From Octopus vulgaris (Eukaryota), in contig OX597815.1 in NCBI GenBank assembly GCA_951406725.2, positions 138,570,001 to 138,634,000 on the forward strand: DNA of 64,000 nt. Direction: 5' to 3'. Positions 50,790 to 64,000 of this stretch are shown here, one piece after another. Made by a program: the position numbers and the translations under genes. The notes under the pieces are model-generated. The model saw only the letters and a program-made list of their open reading frames with translations. It was not told the origin of the DNA and ran no database searches. The first letter of the stretch is position 1. The number at the start of each line of letters is the position of its first letter.

Positions 50790-53510
50790 TCATATATGCG
50801 CAAGAGATTAAAGTTTTGGAAAGAAAATTTCTCAACATGGGGCTATAACAAGTAATGCTATATGCCAAAAACCTTACTAAGTATCCTAGCAGTCCCTAAT
50901 AACGCTGTTTTCTGGAGCTCCTTATTCGCTGTGCCGTTCTGTAAAAATTCTAGAAGTCTTTTTCTTTCACAGCAATTAAGCCTCTTCCCCCCTTGTGTCT
51001 CTTCGTGCATAACTGGTTGATATTAGCTTACAGGTAATGGGCTCCGCACATTGTCAACAAGTTTCTAGTTTTTCTGTAAAGGTTCTGTGTGTCGTTTTTA
51101 GTCCAGTCAGCAATTCCAATTTCATATTTGATTACCGGTAGTGCTCTTGCCTTTACTGATTCGATATTTTAAATTCAACTTTGACTGTAATATTTTTCTC
51201 ACTCTCCCCGTATACTCCCTACTGCTAATTTGTTTTGTCTCTTCGTCTAATATTTCATCTTCTTCCAGTATCCCTAAATACATATACCATTGTCTTTTCT
51301 CAACTGCTTTCATTGTTTGACCATTTAGTATTTCAATTTCCTGGCTAACTTCAAATCGTCATCGTTTCTTTTTTAAAATAACGCATTTTCTTATCCAAAA
51401 TTACACGCCTACATCATTTGAGAAAATGCGAACAATATTTGTAAGACTTTCAAGCTGTTTCTCATTTCCCCATACATCTTTATATCATACATAAAAGGAG
51501 ATGATTTATCTGACAATATCCTTTTCCCAAATCGTAAGCTATTTTAACTTTTCGCAATATCAAACTGAGCGGTATCATGGCCAATACAAAGAGGAATGGA
51601 GATAACCTATCACATTGAAATATTCTACGCCCAATGTTGCTTTTTCTAAGTTTTGTTTTACTTTAGTTAATTCAGTATTCCAATGTTTTATATTTCTATT
51701 AACAATTTTCTAATCGCTTCTCAGAGTTCTCAATTTTATTTGCTCCAGCTAATTCTGCGAGAGCGGACAACTCGTTGTCAAGAGTCTCACCGGATCTTCT
51801 TCCACGATACTTAACATCCAAGTACCAATTGCAAAATCCTCGCTTTTCTCAATATAGCAGTTTTTTGAGCATGCTCTATTTTCATGTCAATCTTAGTTTC
51901 TCCAATAAATTTCTCAAACCTGGTTGTTCCCAATGTCCCGACAACTTTGAGGATTACAGTTACTTTGCTCACATTCGTGCAGTCTCATCTTTTAGTGGCA
52001 CGTACTTCTCTATCTTTTGCAGTTCTTCAACATCCACTCGTACATCCCCAGGTATGACAATATCTATGATCTTGATTTTCTTCATTTTGTCAACTACAAT
52101 AACGTCTGGTCTCCGAGCCTCAACCACTGAATCACAACAGATTGTGAAATCCCACAAAATCTTACACTCATTTTTCATGGGTCACCAAGAATAATGAGTC
52201 TAAGATTTTGTGGGATTTTACCTTCTGCTTCATACTCGTACCATTTCAATGTCCTTTCAACACTGCAGTTCTCACAGAATCTCCAAAAATAACATACCTA
52301 GTAGCTATATAATCATATCTTCTTTTGTATTCTTTCTAAGCCAACTTGCTACACGCTCTCACAATACCAGAATGTTTCATTTCTGATGCCACACATCTTA
52401 CAAATGAGTGATTCACTTCTCTTATCTATTTGGAACAAGTAGGGAGCGGAGAACATCTAGTGGCCTTACCTCCTTTGGTGTCCAATTGAAGATATTATAA
52501 ATCTAAATTATTACTGTGACACGGAAATTACTGATATTCATTACTCCTTCTTTTGTATCTATCACAGGTTTTAGTATTAATCTAATGCGTATATAATAGA
52601 TCTTTTATTTGTGTGTATGTGCGTGTTATTCCTAAGTATACTTGTATGTTTCACTTACGATTATTTTATCCTAGTTTCTTTCTTTAGTATTATATTAATG
52701 TTCTTAATGAAGTCTACTTTCTTCATTTTTTTATTTTGGTAAATTTATATGCTCTCTTTAATAGTGTTTCTAGTTGTTTATCATCTGCAAGGTACAGCGT
52801 GAAGACGTCTACATACAAAAACAAAACAAAACAAAGCAAAACAAAAGCTGACTATTCCCACCATAGTATTGTGTCAAGTTCATCCCTTTTTAAAATGCTG
52901 GCTATAGGTATTAGCGACAACAGAAAAAGGGTAGAGTGAGGAATATTTTTACATTATTCCTTTTCTAATTGAAGTAGATTTAGTTTTCATAGATACCTCC
53001 TTTGTCGTTTTCTGCCAAATTGTTTGATTGTAACTCATGGCATACTACATGTAGCTTCTTAATATTGGCATTATCTTTCTCATGGATATTATTTCCAGGA
53101 TACACACTTAAGAACTACTGTCAAAAGCTTCGTGAACGTCAATCCATGCTTAAACCTTTCCTTCCCTTTTTCTAACCTTCGCTTAAGGCTTTGTTAATCA
53201 GTAATTATCTTCACAGCCATATGAACCTTTGAAGAATCCATTCAACAATCCTGCAAACTGTTTGTTTTTATCATTCTTTGTAAATTTTTCACTGCGTTAC
53301 TATTGCTGCATTGATTTCTGTTTATTTTTGCCTAGTTCTTGATAAATTCTTTTTGAGTCGCAGTCGAACTGTTTGTTTTCTTCAAAGAATCTTGTTCCTC
53401 ATATTGTTGGATTTTGCGATTTAAGCAACGATCTCTTGTATCAGGCGTTCTTTGATTTCGCCTCATGCAAGAGATCCTTGTGTTCTCATATTTCTGTAAC
53501 TTTTGGTCTC
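50790..53510 (-). mobile_element. Fragmented, rearranged R4/Dong-like LINE (RT + restriction-like endonuclease)
   Basis: ILWDFTI..RRPDVIVVDK..IIDI.IPGD..KIEKY (RLE), YLGILE, an INHLL.M.DIKMY-like RT motif near 51480, and an LQKTALLGTARIL C-terminus near 50900. Segment order is not colinear. Confidence 0.75.
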
Positions 53511-54036
53511 TTCTTCTTCTTCTTCTTCTTCTTCTTCTTCTTCTTCTTCTTCTTCTTCTTCTCATCATCACCATAATCGCCATTACCGCCATCATCATTA
53601 GCTTTGAATGAAAATATAAAATTCTACTGATTCTATTATTGAAGCTACTTCATATATTGAAGAAGACGATGAACACTTTTACATTTGCACATCCTTAATT
53701 AGATATAGTTTAGCCGCGAGTCAAAATATGAATATGTTTGATGTAAGTAAGGTAATTAATTCTCAGTAATGCCGTGTCATCGTAAGAATATAATGCCATT
53801 GCTAAAACAATTTAATTGGTGTGCACAAGTTAATGAGATATTTTGTAATCAGTCAAATTTACCCCATTACTTAGATAATTATTAATATCAAATATTGTAT
53901 CTATTATTTCAAAATATTTTTTGAGTGTTTCATATTTAGTGCTGTCATTTCTCTTCCAAACTAGCATTGACAATGTCCATTCTTTGAGGCTATTACCGGT
54001 TTCAGTCAGATTTAATGTTATTGCATATATATATAC

Positions 54037-56335
<2,299 letters not shown>

Positions 56336-56362
56336 ATATATATCCAACTACATCAATAATAT

Positions 56363-56393
<31 letters not shown>

Positions 56394-56411
56394 GGTATGT
56401 GTACTCATCTC

Positions 56412-56453
<42 letters not shown>

Positions 56454-56476
56454 GTGTACGTTGTTGCCGGCGGTGT

Positions 56477-56532
<56 letters not shown>

Positions 56533-56552
56533 GTATATATATATATATATAA

Positions 56553-56604
<52 letters not shown>

Positions 56605-56614
56605 CATATATATA

Positions 56615-57065
56615 CCAGTTGGCGGTGCCCACCTGAAAAGGTTTTCTTGCGGAGAATTAGGGACAGGTCAAACGAACTCAAACAAACAAAACGTTTGCTC
56701 TTGTCCCTAGTTCTCCGCAAGAAAACTTTTTTCCGGGTACCACCAATTGGGAAGCACTCAGTATTATCGTTAAAGGTGCGAAACTGAATATTATCAATTG
56801 GTCGATAACCGATGAAGAATTACGAACCTGTTTGTCTCCCGTTCATGTTTACATTCAGTATACGTTACGTCGTTTTTTTTAATCTATTTTTTTTGCATTT
56901 ATCAAGTGATGGAACGCAACACACCGAATTCTCTCTCAGTTTATTTTCTCGTTTTCCTTTCTATTGAAAAGCGTAGGCTCGAAACGTAAACGACTTTCAC
57001 ACCTTCCCGACTATCAAACTTATACACCTGCTTTCATATTTTGTTTTTCTGTAAATTTCAGCTAA
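56615..57065 (+). mobile_element. Short non-autonomous element: ~136-nt rod hairpin + decayed hammerhead
   Basis: Hairpin 56615-56750. ctattga-a-aagc gtag gctc-GAAAC-GTA at 56961-56988. Confidence 0.55.
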
Positions 57066-59120
57066 ATGTATGCATGTATGTATGTATGTGTTTCTGTATC
57101 TGTGTGTGTATGTGTGATTTTTGCTATTGTGTCTCGCTCCTTGACAACCAGTGTTGGGTTAAAGTCCTCATAAACTAGCGGTTCGACATAACAAGACCCA
57201 ATTCAAATAATACATGACCTAAGACACGATGAAGGTCGTTTTAATCGACTGAACGTTTCAAGGCGGTGACACGGCATGGCCGTAGTCCAAAGAGAGAATG
57301 AGGTACAAGAATAAAAGGAAAATACATTTTATTTGATTCTTTTTTAAAACACTTACCAAATGTACTTTCCGATTAGTTTTTATGAGTGGAATTTTTTTTA
57401 TACTGATGTGTCTTTTAATGGTTTTGGCAAAAACAAAAAGAAGTAGAGAGTGAGAAATCTTTTTATAGACTCCTAGACTGTCGGAAAAACGGATAACGTT
57501 ATAATGAGAACGAAAATTCACCTAAATGTTTGAAGTGTGAATTTCCGAGGCCCGAGCGCCAAGTAATACTGTTAAAATTGGGTGATAGCTTAAGTCAAAA
57601 ATGAATTCAAAAATGAATGATATCAAAGAACAATAACGAATCCAGCAGGATTAGAATTTTTGCCAGGTAACAAACAACAACCTCGAAGCTTTAAAACTGA
57701 CACGAAGCTATTGCAGAAACCTATTCCTACTGTGCCACACACTGAGATACTAGTCGAGATTAAGCTGTAGCAAAACAAGACTGCTAAACACACAGCCTCT
57801 TCCATATCCACATAAACGAATTCTAGAATTCTTAATATAGTAATTATAATAATATCATAGTTCTAAATGGTTACTAGCAATCTACTGTAAGAAGGAAGAC
57901 ATTTATTTATAATATTAAGTTATACCATATTATAAACTACAAGCTGTAAGCGTATAATCCTTTCTTAAGAAGCAAGATATGTTTAACGTAAGGGGAGCTA
58001 CTCTAATAGTTTTAGCATTATAGAGATAATCATCGAAGCCTATATTGAAATATTTTGTTCAAAATCTCATCTGTGGTAAGTATAGTCTGACAATTCACTT
58101 CAGTCCCTTATGTTTAATATTATCAACACTATATTTAAACAATCATCACCATCAATAATAATTTTTAACACATTTTCAAAAGAATTATTATGCTGTGAAC
58201 ACTTTGCTATATTAAGATGCCAACGTAGTGACTCAAGCACAGAAATATATAAAAAAGAGAAACATTTAATTCATTTTCAGACGCTAGATTTGAAATAATA
58301 TAAGAGTAATAATGAAAATATTATTTGTGTTTAATTAATTTACAGTAGCATGTTATGATATTTGGATGTGCTAAATATTGACATTCGAACCCGTATGAAA
58401 CTTGCAGTATTTTATTTAATTGGCAATCCATATCCCCACCTCTCCCTCTCTCTCTCTTTCTGTGTTAAGTATTCCCATTGGGAGCTATATTTACATATTC
58501 TATCACTTCTTCACTTTTTCAAAATATTTCAGATCTTGTTATGCTTCAAACGATCAGTTATGCTGTAAAGACATATGATAGAAGAGAATTCTAATATTGC
58601 TGCATAAAAAGTAAATGAATCAAGAGAATAATACTTTTAATTTCTTTCATTTCACATCGACAAGCTAGTTTACCAGATTCTAAATGATGTAGTACTGATT
58701 GTCATAGTTTGCATGGTGATTGTATGACGGCAATTGCTTGGCGGGAATTGTGTTAACTACTACACTCATGATAAGCAATTTGTTATACAATTAAATTTTC
58801 AAGTCATTTGCTACATCTTACTGGTTTGAATTAGAATAGTTAATTGCTAGGAATTATAGCATTTAAAGGTTAATGTTTCAATATTTAGAAAATTATCAAT
58901 GGTTTGAGAATATATGTAGTTTCTTTGTTTCATTTGATAGAATTATACACGCATAAATACATTTGTGAGTGTATGTTACATTTTACATTTATTCCCACGC
59001 GTGCGCATCTACTTAGAGTCACATACACACAGCCATATACATACGTATGCTTGTATAGCTATCCATAGACGTACATACATGCATACATACATATATACAT
59101 ATGCATATATATAAATATAA

Positions 59121-59177
<57 letters not shown>

Positions 59178-60399
59178 AAGACAACTTCACATATATCAAA
59201 ATCTATATGTGTTTTTATATGGACATATTGATACTTTAGTTAAGAATGTTTGAACGTATACATTGAAATAATCATAATAAAGTAAAATATAAGTGGAAAT
59301 GAAAGTATACATAAAGATTTATTCCCAAGGGAAATTTATCTTTTAGATAGAATTAGCTTAAAAATTTAATTTTCACAGATTTTCTTTTATAGTTATGTAT
59401 TTCAGAATTTATTCATGAAATGTTTCAAAGCTAAAAGTAATTTACAACATTTTTTGCTTCCTAAAAATCGATTTTGTTTCTGAAACGTGTAAAAAAATCA
59501 AAGAAACAAAAAAATCTGTTTCGTTTCGTACATTGTTAGGTCTCGGTGTAAAGCGGATTAACGTATTGAAAATGTTAGTGTTGGCTTTGATTGTTTTTGT
59601 CAGTAACTACAACAGAATTCTAAGTAAATATTCAGTCTTATCTTTCAGAACAATAAGAATCATTATATTTGCTTTAGCTCATCAGGAATATTTTGAATAA
59701 CAGATAAAATCATTTTTTTTGTGGTTTTGTTATGTTAAAAATAACAGTGAAATGTAAATCTCTATATTTTTATACTTTACGTAGAAGTAATGAAAATAAA
59801 ATGAAAAATGTTTTAATTTCTTTCTAAAGGATATGGTTGGTCATTTTTTAATGAGATAAGTGCACTAGGTGACTTTGGTCAGAGTTTTCTTCTACTAGGT
59901 AATTTATTTCCATATCAAAAGAATACAACACGAGTAGATATCGAGAACGTTTATTACTGTTCTAAACATGAAAACTCTTTGCGTCATTACATTAGCCTCG
60001 TGGTAAATATGTATCACTTTAGCAGAGGTTAAAACATTATTAATACTGAATTAACTGAAGGGTAGACTACTAGTTCCCATTTTATTGAAAACGAAAGGTT
60101 GACACTTAAAATCGACTCCGGGTGGGTTTAAAATCTGAAGGTAAGTAGCATAGTTATCAAACACATACACACAAAAAATACTTGTTGTTCTACCAAATTT
60201 CTAAAATAGACACAAAACTATTATTTTTGGTGAAGTAAAGCAACAGTTAATTATATTATCTTATGTGCTTTAATCTCTCGTGTCTGGAAAAATGAAAGAT
60301 GAAGATTACCGTGGAGGGATTTAAAGCCAGATCGTAAATCGCCGAAACAAATGCCAGGAGTCATTTTGTTTGACACTCAACCAAAATAGTTGAGTAATA

Positions 60400-60612
60400 G
60401 TAATGGTTTCAAATTTTAGCATAGGAATAGCATTTTAGACGAGATATTAGTCGATTAATTCGGCCCCATTACTTTGACACTTTATTTTATCGACGCCGAA
60501 TGGATGAAAGGCAAACCTGACTAGGAAGAGATATGTAATCAGAAGACAGAGAGATTCAAAGAATGCCGTTAAATATTTTCCCAACACAATAACATTCTGC
60601 TCGCTTGTCGCC
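60400..60612 (-). mobile_element. SINE family B, decayed
   Basis: ttttatcgacgccgaatggatgaaaggcaaa. Confidence 0.6.
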
Positions 60613-61724
60613 CCAATAATAAAATGGTAATAATAGGTTTCAATATAAATCGTCCTATTTTTATTTCTGCATTCGTTCCTTGTATTTAGTTCATACTCAT
60701 GTTTTAGTAATCGCGGGTCCATCGTTCTGTGCTATACCAAAGCTATAGTGGCTACAATATTATCTGAAAGAGGGAGAATAATCAAGACAAAGCAAATAAA
60801 TCAGAACAGAGAATTGCTACATGTAACCATGTCAACCGTTACTCCCGCAAAATAGTCGAACTGTCGGAGTGCCCAGACTCGTTCTTTATGTTGTTATTGT
60901 TATGCGCAAAGCGGAGAAAAAATAATGGTGATCAACAATCTATTAATGTAATTTTTATGTAAGAAGTGAACCAAGAAAGCGAGAATTTCAGAAAATTTCT
61001 GAACATCTGGAAAATATTTGAAAAACGTAATATCAAGAGCAGCATCTTTCAGATAAACTTTTCTGTATCAAGACTATAGGATACTTCTATAAAAGTGGAA
61101 TAAACAAAAAGAATGATTATTAGAAAATTACATGAATCGAGAATTAAGAGCATAAATCTATCATAGCTAACCCGGAAAATGCAACTCTCGCAGCTGAAAC
61201 AAGAGCAAAATAGAAGAACACACGAAGAAAAGACATTTGATATAGACAGCCTTGAAAATCAACTAAAAAACCTTCGCAAAATATGAGGCAGAAGCCGATA
61301 GAACAAAAGGACATAATATCAGATAATTTGAGGACAGTGGATCGAGCCAATTTAAAAAAAAATGAACTGCATGACTGATGGGATCTGTGAAAACATTAGA
61401 GACACCAACCTATAGATATAACCGGGTGCCAAGGAAATAAAATCAAAGGACAAAAGACAGATCATCAGGTACTTTGGAGGAAAAGGTGAACGTTAATGAA
61501 GATTAGCGACCTAACGAATGACAATAGTTAAATTAATGAAAAAAATCAGAAAGGTGAATTAGAAGATAGCTATTACGTAAGTGAAAAAGAAATCTGGTTA
61601 ATAATCGAAAAGCCCAAGTAGAGAGTAATGGCAAAAGCCACTAAACTAATAATGTACGAAGAAAGAAAAAGAAAGGAAGCAAATTCAACTCTTCAATCAA
61701 ATCAAAGATAAAAAAAGAGATATA

Positions 61725-61796
<72 letters not shown>

Positions 61797-61899
61797 AATA
61801 TAAGACAGCCAATCGCTGAGGAAAACTTGTTATTTAGGGGAAAAAAACTTAGGAAAGATGTAAATAATAAAAGAGCACTTAATGAGCGCAAACCAAGGT

Positions 61900-62208
61900 G
61901 ATCAGCCGGATATGATTTTTAAAATGAGAATAACTGAAATAAACTCGACTGCTCTCATTAACCAAAATGCTAAAGACGAACCCGACCACTCCCAAAAATT
62001 AAGTAAAAAAACCTGAAAAATAATCCAGAATCTTTTCCGGTACCAGAACAATCCCCAAATATAATCAGTTTGTGCCAGACACGAGGCCAAACATCCCTGC
62101 AAGTTTCATTCGAATCCATCCAGCGGTTCTTGAGATATCTTGACCACGGACAAACAAACAAACACGACTGAAACAATACCCCCGCCTTCACTAAAGCAGG
62201 GGAAATAA
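61900..62208. mobile_element. Non-autonomous Helentron-associated (HINE/pearl-like) element
   Basis: aagtttcattcgaatccatccagcggttcttgagatat core, ACGG/ACAA microsatellite, terminal imperfect palindrome ccccgc..gcagggg. Confidence 0.45.
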
Positions 62209-62599
62209 TAAAGCATAATGGATAGTCCAAGTAGCGAATTACACCTAAAATGCTGTGAATAAGAAGGGTTTTGCCATAATAAAAGCAATTACTTGAAAAC
62301 AGTTGTGAAAAAAAAAAAAAAACGGGTAAGTAGAATGTTGCTTACCAGATCTTTTCCATAATTACTGGCAGAATGAGGTTACAAGTCTTCATGAATCTTT
62401 AGTTATATAACTTGATATGTATATATCAAATGAATATATAATACTGTAGTTAACTGAAGGGAGGGTTTGCATGATATTGAAAACTAAACCGAAACAAACC
62501 TTTGCTTCAAATTTGCGCGCGTACTATTTACGCAGAAACATCTAGGTGGGAAAATTCTAGAAAATATACTAACATGTATGAGAGACGTTTAATGTTTGA

Positions 62600-63210
62600 T
62601 TATTATAGAAGATATCGGAAAGATGTGGAAATGAACGTAACATCAATTGATAATTTATAAATTGGTCATGAACTGCAAAATATAAGAACAAATTTATGTA
62701 AAGCTTAAATCAATTATTGAAAGTACGTGATTCAATGTCACCTAAAGCTCACTCAGGTCTCGAAAAAAACTAGATGACTGTTAAAAATAGAAAGCGACGT
62801 TGGAGTGTATAGTTAGCATCAGAAGGAGACATTTTAACAGATAGACTGATTAGAAGAAGAATCTTTGAAGGGAGCTGCCCTTCTCTTCTATACTGTTTGT
62901 AATAGCATGATATCTTTGTCAGCTATAAAAAACAAACCAGAAGTATGATATTAATTGGGAACGAACAGGAGTAAAGAGAATCATAAGTTTATGGGTTATT
63001 TAAAACATCGTGATAAAGACAAGTATTAACTGGATTCTGTGGTGTTAAGTGTAAGAATATTTAACTTTGAGACGACATTAAGAATGTAAAAAGCACCATG
63101 CAGGCGACGAAGCACGGAAAACATCATAAAATAAACTGGAATGGATCTACTTGATGGTAAAAATATAAAATCCTTAAGTGTAGAAGAGTAAAAGCAAGCA
63201 TTATAAAACC
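62600..63210 (+). pseudogene. Highly decayed R4/Dong-like RT fragment
   Basis: agaagaagaatctttgaaggg...ctgtttgtaatagcatgata resembles RRGIFQGD.LSPLLF.IAM. Confidence 0.4.
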
Positions 63211-64000
63211 TAAAATAAACTGAAAGTAGTTAAGTTACAGTTACTTTTCAATTTAGGGATATCTCCCTGCTAGTTTAATGTCAGCATGTTGCTTTATGTG
63301 ATAATTACACGGAATCACATGCATCACCTGGTGAATGATTGCAGATGCCTGGAAGCAAGACGCAGTCGCTTAATATAGATATCAATGGAGGTTATTCATC
63401 TGTTTTGCCTGTTAGTCGTTGGTAAGTACGCAATTAACGTAGATAATCAAGCATGAAGATAACACAAGAACACAGAGATAACACAGCTAAAGACCAAAAA
63501 ATATATATATTTATAAAGAATTGATGCATACTAAAATTATATACATATAATAAGAATATCTACGTATATAAAAACATCTTCTTTATGTTTAAAATATACA
63601 AAGCCTTCTAGCGAATGATATACTTAGGATGTCATAAATTCTTGACTGTATAGCTCAGGTGTCGAACATATTGCAGATTTGGTTATTTTAAAGAATTGAT
63701 ATAACTTGACCTCGATATTGTGAAGAAGACGTTACAAATACGTTGGCGATAGACATTAGTTCACAAGGGGTAATGACATATTGCAAATTGTAAGGATTAC
63801 CACCGTTATACAAATGTATGCCAATACTTATAGATAATTTTACTTTAGCGTCCGCCAGTAGTATTCCTTAGGTGGCTATTTTATTATGTAGTCACAATGG
63901 AGAAGTGGTGTGCTTACAGCTATTGTAGCAAAACATTTCATACTAATGTGAGATTTATCTTGATCATAATGCAGTGAATTCAGTTTCAGAAACTTTTATG

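Overview
AT-rich, microsatellite-dense animal DNA made almost entirely of transposable elements. The SINE families and (TA)n/(CA)n density suggest an octopus or other coleoid cephalopod (inference). No host protein-coding exon can be supported, and most listed ORFs are microsatellite artefacts. Contents: a Tc1 element with long TIRs; a Penelope-like element (RT + GIY-YIG) between ~1.9-kb inverted repeats; two divergent CR1-group LINEs with CCCH zinc-finger ORF1; R4/Dong and RTE remnants; an Academ-like relic; several tRNA-derived SINE families; and at least eight minimal hammerhead ribozyme motifs, some intact and some decayed. Main observations: (1) both CR1-group LINEs conserve an in-frame U_UUU_UUA slippery heptamer where the ORF2 (-1) frame opens, suggesting programmed -1 frameshifting; (2) two unrelated elements carry hammerheads with a compensatory U3:A8 core; (3) the LINEs and the main SINE share a covarying 3' stem-loop + GAAAC signal; (4) (TA)n tracts act as landing pads for stacked retroelements.
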